A stretch of 63,096 bases of DNA, counting the filler, from Collodictyon triciliatum (Eukaryota), in the NCBI GenBank assembly GCA_043381765.1. It is 28 parts of 28 records of this genome, joined end to end, with 100 filler letters (N's around TTAATTAATTAA, not from the genome) between each part and the next. Parts side by side here need not be neighbours in the genome. Positions count along the whole stretch, not along the records: positions 51,948 to 54,097 come from JBHJMP010009405.1; positions 54,198 to 56,347 come from JBHJMP010009406.1; positions 56,448 to 58,597 come from JBHJMP010009407.1; positions 58,698 to 60,847 come from JBHJMP010009408.1; positions 60,948 to 63,096 come from JBHJMP010009409.1; 23 more parts are not named here. The stretch is one strand, 5' to 3'. Below, piece by piece: positions 51,948-63,096 of the stretch. The position numbers and the translations under genes were made by a program. How positions within the stretch are numbered: the first letter of the stretch is position 1; each line of letters opens with the position of its first letter. Under the pieces are notes generated by a model. It was not told where the DNA came from and made no database searches. It saw nothing but the letters and a program-made list of their open reading frames with translations.

Positions 51948-53336
51948 GTTTGACAAAGGCATCAAAAGCTACGTGATCGGCGTGGAAGGGACTTCGCAGA
52001 CTCGGCTGTCTTTCGTTGCAGAGGACTATTCGCCCGCAGGTTTCTTGTCACCTTTTCTTTATGTGCGGCTTTCATTATTTATTGGCATACATCCCGCTTT
52101 TCCTTATTACTCATGATGATTGACGAAGCCGTAAATCCTGACCTGTCTTATTAGGCATATCTCACGCGCATCTGGTCTTCCAGCTGTGGATTCCGTCTAA
52201 TCGTTCCTTCGCACTAGAAATCGGGTATTGTGTCCGCAGCCATCACCTTCCTCTTTTCTTGTTTGCGCTTTATTATTCATCGCAGTGTTCTTTCTCCATG
52301 AATGCCCTTCATGCCAAGCATGCCCACTGAGAAAGGTTCATTGTAATTAGTGTGATCGATGCGGATAAGCTGAAGAGAAGACTTGTTTTTGCCACATCCA
52401 CAAAGGAAATGAGTATGACCCCCATCGTTGCCCGCTTTCCTCTTGGAATGACCCGCAAGAACGAGGTACATCGACTTTTTCTTTCTTTTTTGTCCGAACA
52501 AAAAAAAAGCATATTCCTCATGAAAAACAACATATAGGTTAGTTGAAGCGCATTTAGTCTAGTGTTATGTTCTGATTCATAATTTCTTTGAATCGAATAA
52601 AGGAAAACGAATGTTCTGATTCATAATTTGATTTGATATGTTTGGTTTTTGTTTATATCTTTCATTTTTCCATAATATTTTGTAATATTTTGTTCGCAAT
52701 ATGTTTTTTTAAATAAGAAAATAATCTTCTTTGGGTGCTGCAGTGGTCGAACATCACCTTTGATGTCCAAAATATTGCTGAGGTAACTTGGAGAGGAACC
52801 ACGTTTAAAGCCCTCGACTCCATTTGCATCAGCCCCGTTTGCAAAGTCCGCAGGGTGTTTACTATCAAAAACTGTCCGTCAGAGAGTGGAGGAGCAGGCG
52901 CTGAACGATGTAACCACACCACCCTCCGCTTAAATGATTATGCTATTAATTTTATATCGGCGTATATTTTTTTTTGGAAAAAAAGTCATGATTTTTGATA
53001 TCACACGCAACCATCCATATCTAAGATATGCTGCGTTTGGCATCTGTCGGATTTTATTCAGTCTCTATTTTATGTCTATGCTTTTTAGTATGTACAGAAT
53101 TGATTCCAAAGTGCCTGGAACTACCAGCCACAGTCCCTGCCTCCACTCAGGTATTCAATAACCTCGGATGAACAGACCAGTTTATACAGCCACAAGCCCT
53201 TCAAATGCATTACTATTAGCTGGACAAGTACTCAAATATATCCTTCCTATCCTTTCTTGCTAGGTGATCAACATGCAGAAGATTCAAAAGTATTGTGCTT
53301 CAATTGCCTTTCCAACTGAGACAGCTGAGTCAATAG
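51948..53336 (+). CDS. CFAP20DC: CFAP20 domain-containing protein (C3orf67 type), partial; may continue to 54097
   Basis: FDKGIKSYVIGVEGTSQT..LVFQLWIP..DADKLKRRLVFATSTKEMSMTPIVARFPL..WSNITFDV..FKALDSICISPVCKVRRVFTIK matches the C3orf67-type CFA20 domain. Confidence 0.8.
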
Positions 53337-54197
53337 GTTTGCTTTCGATGTACAATCTATCAAACGGAAAATAACCATCAAAATGTTAAATTTCTGTCTT
53401 TTTAACATCAAACTACAAAAGGAGCACCAAAGACATTCTCTTCCGAGATACTTCCTCTTCCCTCCCTTGTTAGAAAAGCCTCTTTAGGTTAGTTATGTTT
53501 TAATCAATATATAATCAAACAGAGGTCAATCAATTGCACAATTATTCCCCAAAAAATTAAGTTTTTGTCTTGGGTCCACTTATTCTGATATTTTCGATTC
53601 GTCTTATCTTCATTTGTCTCGACTTTTGCAATCAGGGCCTAAACCGTCCAAGCTCGGCAAAATATCCGATTGTGAGGCAAGTATTTATGCTCTCCTCTAA
53701 TCAGCGCACGAAAGAGCATGCTTTTAAATTCTTTTACACATCAACTCTTCGTAACAGAACACAACATGGCAAAGCCCACCAAAACGGCGACCCTCACGGT
53801 TCCGTGGATGTAAGAACAGCTATTCATCGCCAATAATCGATTCCGAATGCATTACCACCTTCAAACTCTTTGTTCGAAACACGTTTTGTATCAGTCCTCA
53901 CTATTGTAATTGTGGAAAGGCTTAGTAATCCTACTTATAACAACCTGAATTCACCACCTAGTGAATCCACTCCCCGCGATGGCTCCATCATCTGTTCCGT
54001 CGTCCTCGTCTGGACAACCCTCTTTTTCAAAAGGAGATGGTGCTCACCGCTCTGGTTCAATTAGCCCTGTCAAATCTACTCACACACCAATTGGTTCNNN
54101 NNNNNNNNNNNNNNNNNNNNNNNNNNNNNNNNNNNNNNNNNTTAATTAATTAANNNNNNNNNNNNNNNNNNNNNNNNNNNNNNNNNNNNNNNNNNNN

Positions 54198-55449
54198 CAT
54201 GTTGGGGTAAAAATCTTGGGGTAGGCGGGCGATGTGCACGTGAGTGCCGCTCATTTGAATTATCTGCAGGGTCTGTGTTGCTGGGACATACATTAGGAGA
54301 AACTGGGGGACTGTGGCCAACGAAGAAGGGATGCAGATGGCCTTGAGGCGACGATTGCTCTTCCTGTGTGTGGTGTGGGTAAAGTCCTTGCTGTTTGCCA
54401 AGTCTGTAAGAGATTGGTATTTGATGGCTGGCATCTATGGCTGAATCCTGCTGAGAATCACAATTTATCGTATCAGATATGGTTCTCTCCGCTCTTTCAA
54501 GTGGACAGCAAGCATTATAGCTCTGAATATCTATGCTATTTTGGTTGTTATTGCCTGTGCCTATATTTGTGCCTGCAAGTGGCGATGGTGCTGCTTCATT
54601 TAATGTCATCATAGCCTTCGAATAAGATGCTTTTGTTGTGTGTAGTAGATCAGGATTTGCTTCAGCGTTTGTGTCGAGGTCAATACATGCTTCATTAGCT
54701 TTGTATTGGTGTAAGCCATGTGCTTTTCGAGATGTATGCTTTGATATTGGTGGCAGTTTCGATTTGGATTTGGATTTGGATTTGGATTTGGATTTGGATT
54801 CTGATTGAGATTGTGGCCGTGATTGTGATTGTGATTGTGATTGTGATTGTGATTGTGATTGCGATTGCGATTGCGATTGCGATTGCGATTTTGACTGTGA
54901 CTGTGACTGTGACTGTGATTCCTGCCCGACCACTCGAATATCAGCATCATCATATCCGGTCTCAAGTTCTTCTCCTGGAGATGTTGGTCGGATGCGCTTC
55001 GCGCTGGACCGCTTTGAAATGCGCGGTTTTTGATGGGACGTCCTGTTTGCACTTGAAGGAGACTTGGTTGCTATGCTAAGAGTGTTGGTAGAAGGAGGCG
55101 TAAGTTCACTAGGGACTTCAGGCAAGGTTGAGCTTTTGTGGACAGCCCCGCCGACATGCGGGTTAAAGACAGGATTTGGCTGGAAAGTGCCGGGGATTGT
55201 GAGGGGTGATGCTGTGTTCGCGCCAGCGGGCAGAAAACTTGCCGATATGGACCGGGATGAATCCCCTGCCTGTGTCGTTCGGCTGGATGAGTAGTTGAGA
55301 GAGTCCGAGCCGGAGCAGTGCGGTGAGCTACCGTGCTTTGCTGAAGTCAGACGTGTTAGGAAGCCTGGGTCGTGAGCCGTGCGGCCTTGTTCCATGCTCG
55401 TTCCAAACAGACTGACTCGGTTGTGTGTACTGCCAAACTCGAGGTTCAA
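54198..55449 (-). CDS. Low-complexity Ser-rich exon with (SQ)n/(SK)n coding microsatellites, unknown protein
   Basis: ~1.25 kb open frame; additional small exons are likely upstream (55590-56347). Confidence 0.6.
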
Positions 55450-56447
55450 ATAAACTGTAATATTTTGCCAGTTTATATATGCCTTATTTCTTTTCTTTGT
55501 TGTGTGTGGACGGTTTGTTTTTGTTTTTGTTTTTGTTTTTGTTTTTGTTTTTGTTTTTGTTTTTGTTTTTGTTTTTGTTTTTGCTTCGATCGACTAATTT
55601 CCAATGTTTTAGAGGCAGATGCCCTATGCTTGACTGAGCAACGAGTGAGGACTTTGGCAGGATCGAGGAGGGGCAGCAGGCGTACAAACACTCCCAGACT
55701 GGCCTTTCAGATCGTAAAAAAGGGGAGGCAGGTATGTCCAGGCTTCCATTAGTCCGGTCGTCAGTTTTTTCCATACTGTGGCGTTCAATGGAATCCCAGA
55801 AATTGGATTTTGGGTAGAGGTCATAGCACATCATCACGAATATGTTATAAGCACCTGATATTTAATGATATATGCACATCAAAGGCTCCAATATAAAATT
55901 TTAATTATTTTATTATAAAATCCATAATTGGATACGATATGGACTCTGCTGGTGTCGCTCGGAGTCTGGTACCCAGAAACTACGCTAGAGCATGTCAAAC
56001 GTCCCTGAGTGCGCTATGCAGAGCTCATTTCAAGGAGGCGGGGAGATGAGTACCCGCTGGATGATATCCACATAATACCATCTATCATGCAGACCAATAA
56101 TTCCATAATCCAGAACACTCCAGATTCACCAAACCCATTTATTTATTTTTGTTCATTTGTTCGCTTCGTTATTTTAGTTCATCTCTGTGAAAGTTTTTTT
56201 TTCCCCTTCCTTTATTCGATTTAAAATCTTAATGTAATATATTATAGCTCGATTATTTCAACATTTCTGGTCATAAACAGAATTCGTCTGGGGTTCTTGT
56301 AGAAGCTGAAGAGGAATCGTGCCAGGAAAAGACTTATTGAAAGTGTCNNNNNNNNNNNNNNNNNNNNNNNNNNNNNNNNNNNNNNNNNNNNTTAATTAAT
56401 TAANNNNNNNNNNNNNNNNNNNNNNNNNNNNNNNNNNNNNNNNNNNN

Positions 56448-56541
<94 letters not shown>

Positions 56542-56636
56542 ATGATTTCATGTTAAATTTGAGAATTCATTCCTAAAATGATGAGGGTTGATAGATTCAA
56601 GAGTTGTTTAATTATATAAATAAAAAAAGCGTATAC

Positions 56637-58323
56637 CTGACTCAGGATTATCTCCGATGGCATGCAAAGTATTCACATGGTCCCCAAATAGTTCACTAAA
56701 TACTTTCTCTGTGTACCTGTATGCCATTGGGTAAGGCTTACCAAATAGTGTAGAGTTAAGCGGTTTGCCTGTCGTCATCTAATATTAAAACATTTGCAGA
56801 CAATTTTAGATAAAGTGATGAAAAACCTACTTTTCTAAGTTGCCAGTGATTGGATTATTATTTTTTCAATTGAATTTCATGAGAAGATGATCAGGTTTTA
56901 TGAATGCTCCAGTAAAGTTACATAAGGTTGCATCATTTTGAAACAAATATTCAGAATGAACCTTGAATAATAGCTCCAAACATTCTCTATATGCACCCTG
57001 TCCAAACCTTGGTATGGGATACCCTACAAATTTTGGGTTACTAAAAATATATTTGAATATTTATCGATCGATGAACTCACTTGTGCTCCAAAGAAAGTCA
57101 GAATTTGAAAAGTAGATTGGTATAATCTGGGTGTCTGACAGTATTCCAGGGCTTCCATTAGATGAAAGTATGTCTACAAGAATCTAAGAAGACACAAATG
57201 AATATTTTCTCTTTTCTCTCTTTTTTATATACAAAATAAAAAAAAGTAATAATAAGAGCTCATGAAAAAGAAAAATAACATCTCAATTTGTTATATTACC
57301 ACAGAAATTCACCAATCTGTACGCACCTGTATGGATTCTCCCCATTCAATCGGCGTACTAAATAAAACGATGCGTTTTACTGGAAAGTCTAATTCTGACG
57401 ACTAGAAATATAAAATTGTCAATATTTGTGTAAATTGCACATATTTAATCACTTCCCCTTAATTACATATTAATATGTACCCTGCCATGATATGTTTTGA
57501 ATGGAAATAAATCAGGATGGCCTTCGGCATATTCATCAAGGGTAATGAAATTTCTTATTCCGTAACTAAATTATAGGCAAAGCATAAACGATTACTGCAT
57601 ATATCACGAGAGAGAAAAAGGATGCCATTTTTTCTCCCAAAAAACGAAGACACTTTTTATTAACGTTTCGCGTATCGTGAGTATATGCAGGAGAAAGTCA
57701 ATTACTGAGACGCTAATCTTTTTAAATCTCCTCGCCCAACAATCAAAAAATTGTCGTCTTTCCCATCTTGAAGAATTTGCTTCATCGGGGTATGAGACAA
57801 AATCATTCTATTTGAATCAATCTACATGAGGGACGTTTGAGAGACAGCCATGAACATAATATACTAAACGTGAAAGGATGGTTTTGGTCCCTCTGGTTGT
57901 TGCTTAAATACAAGGCTACAAACGGGACAATCCAAAATCTTTGATAATATTCTTGACTTGTCCTCTTCTGTGACACCTATAAGATGTATCTACCTCAACA
58001 TAAGAATAAACGAACTAAACAAAAAAAAACCAAATAGAAAAAAAAAGAAACTTCATAGTGGATAATATACCACCGACTTGCAAAAATTTGATTTAGCAGA
58101 AAGACAAGCAAATAATTTCCTTCAAACTTATAGACACATGATTACCGCCACTGTTGGTCAGAAATACATATGGAATCCGATGTAAATCAAGCAGAGATAA
58201 TGCAGTTTTGGCTCCAGGAAGAGCCTCCGGGCCACGGATAAGTACTCCATCGATATCTAGAACTGTTACATAAGTGCGCAATAATTTAGGAAGAAAATAG
58301 TGTAATACTTCGCGAGCTTCCAT
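56637..58323 (-). CDS. HAD-IIA hydrolase, HDHD5/CECR5-like (multi-exon, 3' partial)
   Basis: VLDIDGVLIRG, PYVFLTNSGG, ILSHTP, IYFSNSDFLW, PRFGQGAY, FGKPYP, AIGDNPESD. Confidence 0.9.
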
Positions 58324-58502
58324 GTGGCGCAGTGACAAACCGGGCCGGCGTTTGGATTCAACGTAAATTAATAGATAAATAGATACGTACATAAACAATA
58401 CAGTATTAATTTTAACAGTCAGAAAACTGTTAGAATTGTCGTAAACATGTCTGCCAAAAATTAATATATGTATGACTTTGGTGGACTGTTAATTACCTGC
58501 AC

Positions 58503-58597
<95 letters not shown>

Positions 58598-59932
58598 NNN
58601 NNNNNNNNNNNNNNNNNNNNNNNNNNNNNNNNNNNNNNNNNTTAATTAATTAANNNNNNNNNNNNNNNNNNNNNNNNNNNNNNNNNNNNNNNNNNNNAAA
58701 AAACAAAAAAAACAATAAAAACAATAAAAACAATAAAAACAATAAAAACAATAAAAACAATAAAAACAATAAAATCAATAAAATCAATAAAATCAATAAA
58801 AACAATAAAAACAATAAAAACAATAAAAACAATAAAAAAACAAAAAAAAACATTCAAATACAATGAAAACAATAAAAACAATAAAAACAATAAAAACAAT
58901 AAAAACAATAAAAAAAAACCAAAAAAAAACATTCAAATACAATGAAAACGAAAAGAACAATAAAAGGGGAACGTATTCCATTCGAATCTAAATGCATACG
59001 AGCGCTGGGAGAGCTTCTTGTTTATGTCTCCTGCATATTTAGGGAAATTAGAGTATATCACTCATATGATTCCCACTACACTTTTAACATGTAATTATCG
59101 AAAGGTCTAAACGTGTGAGAGCTTCAGTGAAGCGACTGATAAAAGAGAATAAGAAAAAAGAATAAGAAAAAAGAATAAGAAAAAAGAATAAGAAAAAAGA
59201 ATAAGAAAAAAGAATAAGAAAAAAAGAATAAGAAAAAAGAATAAGAAAAAAGAATAAGAAAAAAAGAATAAGAAAAAAAGAATAAGAAAAAAAGAATAAG
59301 AAAAAAAGAATAAGAAAAAAGAAAAGAAAAAAAGAATAAGAAAAAAAGAATGAGAAAAAAAGAATAAGAGAGAAACAAAAGCAAGGGTCAATATTTTATC
59401 ACAGAAATAATTACTCTGATATGGCGAACTCCTTGCGCAAGCATTCTCGCCAAAATTCTGAAGACTGACTGGTTGTCATTCCGCAAGATTATTAGTGTTC
59501 CCTGTACAAGAAGAGGGAGAACCAACTTAACTAAAGGTTTCCTTACACTAGGAATGGTTCATAAGCTAAACCAGAGACGGAATGTGTGGGTTTATTATTC
59601 TTTTTTCTTCCCTTTCCTTTCGCTTCTTTATTATGAATGCTCCCACGGGATTGTTTGTTTCTTGTGGGTTGTTGGGTTGCGTGGTTAGTGATCCTGTCAC
59701 GCACAACTTAGCTGCTGAGCGCCTGGTTTCTGCGTTGCATTGTAGACCATATGTGGAATTATAACGGAGTAGAGGGTGGAGAGAGGATGTATACATCACC
59801 GCACCACCGAAGCAGACAAACCGAAGCAGACAAACCGACGGGCGCGACAATGCTGCATTTCGCGGCAGCGAGCGAAGATTAATGAGAGGGAAATAAAAAA
59901 AAAAAAAAAAAAGAAAAAAAGGAATGAGTATC

Positions 59933-60003
<71 letters not shown>

Positions 60004-60947
60004 AATGAGTATCGTAAAAAAAAAAAAAAGAAAACAGTCAAAAGAGATTATTTTTTTAAGCTTCCTCCATACAAGGCAGCATGGCTATGACAAAGATAAG
60101 ATGCAACTTTGGGGTTACAGCCTGTTTGAACTAAATACCTCGAGTGACCGGAATAGTATCGCCGGCAGTGCTGACACCAAATGTTTTGTAGAAATTAATT
60201 AAAAATTAATACGTCTCTGTATCATTATTGCAAGATAGTCAATATGGATCGAATATATATATATGGCAGTTACACCGACTTTAATTTTCTAGAAGCGCGA
60301 CACATGTTTTCCGTCTGCAATTAACAAGAATTGATGACAGAATCATGTGTCCAATAAAATAGCTGCAATATGTATACTTTCGAAGGAATATTTCCAGAGG
60401 GCCACGATTCTATTCTTAACTTCTCGGGCAAGGCAGTTGTCATATCTTGTTTGTTCATGACTCCTAGCAACCACCTTCGCTTAATCAGACGAATACTCTA
60501 TCCACTACGAGTATATTTTCAGCTGGTATATGGAAGAGCACTTCTGAATCAGAGAAAATACCCTGGAGCCAGGCATGGGGTATCCCTAACCATATATCAA
60601 TAATTTGACTTTGAAATCTTATTACACAAGTATCAGTTAGTATTCAAACAACAACAATCGTGGCTCATGCTCGCTTATCTACCCAAGAAGTCTGCACCTT
60701 TGGCAGAGCATACTACCAACGAAGGGAATAAAGCAACACATCTTTAATAACAATAACAATAACAATAACAATAATAACAATAATAACAATAATAACAATA
60801 ATAACAATAATAACAATAATAACAATAATAACAATAATAACAATAATNNNNNNNNNNNNNNNNNNNNNNNNNNNNNNNNNNNNNNNNNNNNTTAATTAAT
60901 TAANNNNNNNNNNNNNNNNNNNNNNNNNNNNNNNNNNNNNNNNNNNN

Positions 60948-62394
60948 CTCTGCTTCCGTCTGAATGGCTGTCCGCGCAAACATCGCGCTCTTGAAAAGCT
61001 TGCTCACAATGCCGCTGTGCTCGTAGACTTCTTTCGATTCCTTCAGCATTGCGATTGAGTGCTGCAGAATCTTCTCTGCTGCTTCCATTTTGTGCTGTGT
61101 GAACTTGACTCGGTCGCTTGCTGGCTGCAGCGTTGCCTTGACCTGAATTGATTGTTTTGAGCTCATAATACATGCAAAGAATATCATATGATACATAGGA
61201 GAAGATATTCTGATTGAAAGATGCGTAAGGATATGCGTATAATCTTGTGATTACGGTTTGCTTCAGCTTCTCTCTCAGCTCTCCCGCCTTTTTCACGATG
61301 TCGTCGTACAGATTGTCAATCTTTGTGTTCTGCTCGTGCTCCTCGTGATTAATCTGTGTCGTTGATGCGAATGAGTAGAATGATCGGAAAAGAAATGATT
61401 GGGTCCGTTTGTGGAGCACAACTTCTTAGAAACAAGTGAAGTGATATGAAATGCAAACAATAATGCACCTTTTTCATTTCCGTGTCGACTTTCGCCTTGA
61501 TTTCGGTGATGGAGTTTATCTTCCTATCCGCATCTTCAATAAGCTCATCTTCCTTGATTGATGAGTAATCAATACTCTCGACTTCGATGTATTCGTGTGT
61601 TTTGGTGGTTTTTAAATCAAATCTTTCACAATCTGCACACATTTCAGTGATGGGCCAACATTGTTTGCAGACTGAAACAATCGGGAACTTATGCAGAATG
61701 CATTCGCGCAAATTGATTGTGTGTTTAGCTCCATCTTCAAGCAATGTGCTATTCATGGGAGAAAAGAGTAAATGCAAATATGAAATGAACATAAATCAGT
61801 GGCAAAATGAGATGAATGGAAAAGAAGGCATCTACGATATGGAATATAAGAGGAAATGCAATAGAAAGATAAAATGAGGTTCATGAAGAGAAACAGATGA
61901 AATGAGAAAAGGAGAGCGTAAAACAGTTAAAAGAGAGAACATAAAATAAGCGACAGTGAGTTGTGCAAAGTACATGAAGTCATGACAACAAGAATAAATG
62001 AATTATCCAGGAAAGAGAAAAGCTACCTGACTTTGTGGTTCATCGTTCTCCTTTGCTTCGAGTGATGTTTATCATGACACTCGTCACAGTACAAGCCACA
62101 CCCGCTCCTGCAAACCAGAGAAGGCTCGTTTGTGCAATCAACACACATTTCCTTCTTCTTTGGATCTCTTCGAGAAACGATTTGGTCGTGGTAAACTGAG
62201 TTTGGGTGCGGTTTGTCGTGCGACGGAGCAGCGTACTCGACTCTGCAGACGGGACACGCGAGTGTTGCACTTGTCTTGAGTGCGAGCTTCTCGGTGTTTG
62301 AAACACACTCGCGGCAGAAGACGTGTCCGCACGGGAGTTGTGCGGTTTCTTGGAAGGTTTTGAGGCAGGTCGGGCAGTTGCACTCGCTCTCCAT
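60948..62394 (-). CDS. TRIM-like RING / B-box / B-box / coiled-coil protein (4 exons seen, 3' partial)
   Basis: C3HC4 RING CPTC..LPCGHVFCREC..CPVCR; B-box1 CVDC..C..GC..YCDECHDKHH..H; B-box2-like CILH..CKQC..CADC..H; followed by coiled-coil exons. Confidence 0.85.
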
Positions 62395-62749
62395 TGTTTT
62401 GCAAGGCTCCTGTCTTTTTTTCTTCTTCTAGTTTTATGCTAATTGTTATTATTTCATAGATAAACAAAAGATGCTTGTATGTTTTGATGATTGTTTTGCA
62501 TGGGGAATGATAGACTGAATGAAAGTGCTTTAGATCGGATTAGCTGAAGTGTAAGTGATGGATTTATTGTTTTGTTTTTTGTGTTGATTCAGAGAATGGT
62601 GTATATACATGTATGTGGAAAATATAATGTAATATTATTGATTCGTTCATGATAATCACAATTTATATACATAATGAAATTTATCAACTTCAATGACATA
62701 TAGATATCTGAAAAGTATACAGTTTGAGTACCAACACAGCAGGTAAGCA

Positions 62750-63096
62750 AAAGCAAATGATAAGCTTGAGTGCGATGATGATGATTGAAAGAAATCAGTG
62801 ATAGCGAGTTGGTCAGGTGGGCGACCCAACTGGTTTATTGAATGTGTGAGTAGCAGGGGTTGGATATGCTGTGGGTGATATCGCACGACACATTCCCACA
62901 TCTCTCTTCGCTTGCGGTCTGAGTATCGAAGAATGCGGACGTGTTTCAGCAGGCTGTTCAAGAAGCTGTATTGCACGAGGCTTTCCAGCCTGGCTACATT
63001 GATTTCTCGTTCGGGTGAATCATTGGAGCGAGAGAATGCACGCACACTCCATAAGGCCCACAGCATATGTCCCCTTGTGACTGTCCAGAGTATTCT
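62750..63096 (-). mobile_element. 3' end of LINE ORF2, a subfamily related to 39932-40579
   Basis: LWTVTRGHMLWALWSVR..SFLNSLLKHVRILRYSDRKRREMW aligns with FWAVTRGHLLWTMWIAR..SFLNRFLRHLHVLYYSDPVRRDMW. Confidence 0.8.

Noticed and set aside
58975-59780. Small minus-strand exon candidates (similar ones at 24420-24546, 37854-38218 and 38750-39430)
   Set aside because: Splice-like boundaries exist, but the frame and product cannot be established.

Overview
This window is not contiguous DNA. It is about 28 short (~2.16 kb) contigs from an intron-rich, microsatellite-rich microbial eukaryote, joined by 100-nt N44-TTAATTAATTAA-N44 linkers, so adjacency across linkers has no biological meaning. Most contigs break at microsatellites and carry partial multi-exon genes: a divergent 14-3-3, a Sel1/polyQ protein, SCPx thiolase, CSN3, an atypical Rho GTPase, COP1, a PH domain, a TBC RabGAP, SMC6, dephospho-CoA kinase, a ROCO (Roc-COR) protein, a cation channel, FAD synthase, CFAP20DC (suggesting a flagellate), an HDHD5-like HAD hydrolase and a TRIM-like RBCC protein. 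Several pieces of L1/Tx1-like LINEs are also present. The most striking signal is two homologous LRR loci (16970-18001 and 28196-29301). They share near-identical upstream DNA but are built from different numbers (5 vs 7) of exact 69-bp cassettes. Each cassette has an almost invariant 48-bp scaffold and a 21-bp hypervariable ligand-face segment, and the genes also have a hypervariable cap loop. This is a candidate diversifying immune-receptor-like system, possibly linked to ROCO proteins. All gene models were read by eye and no database searches were run.
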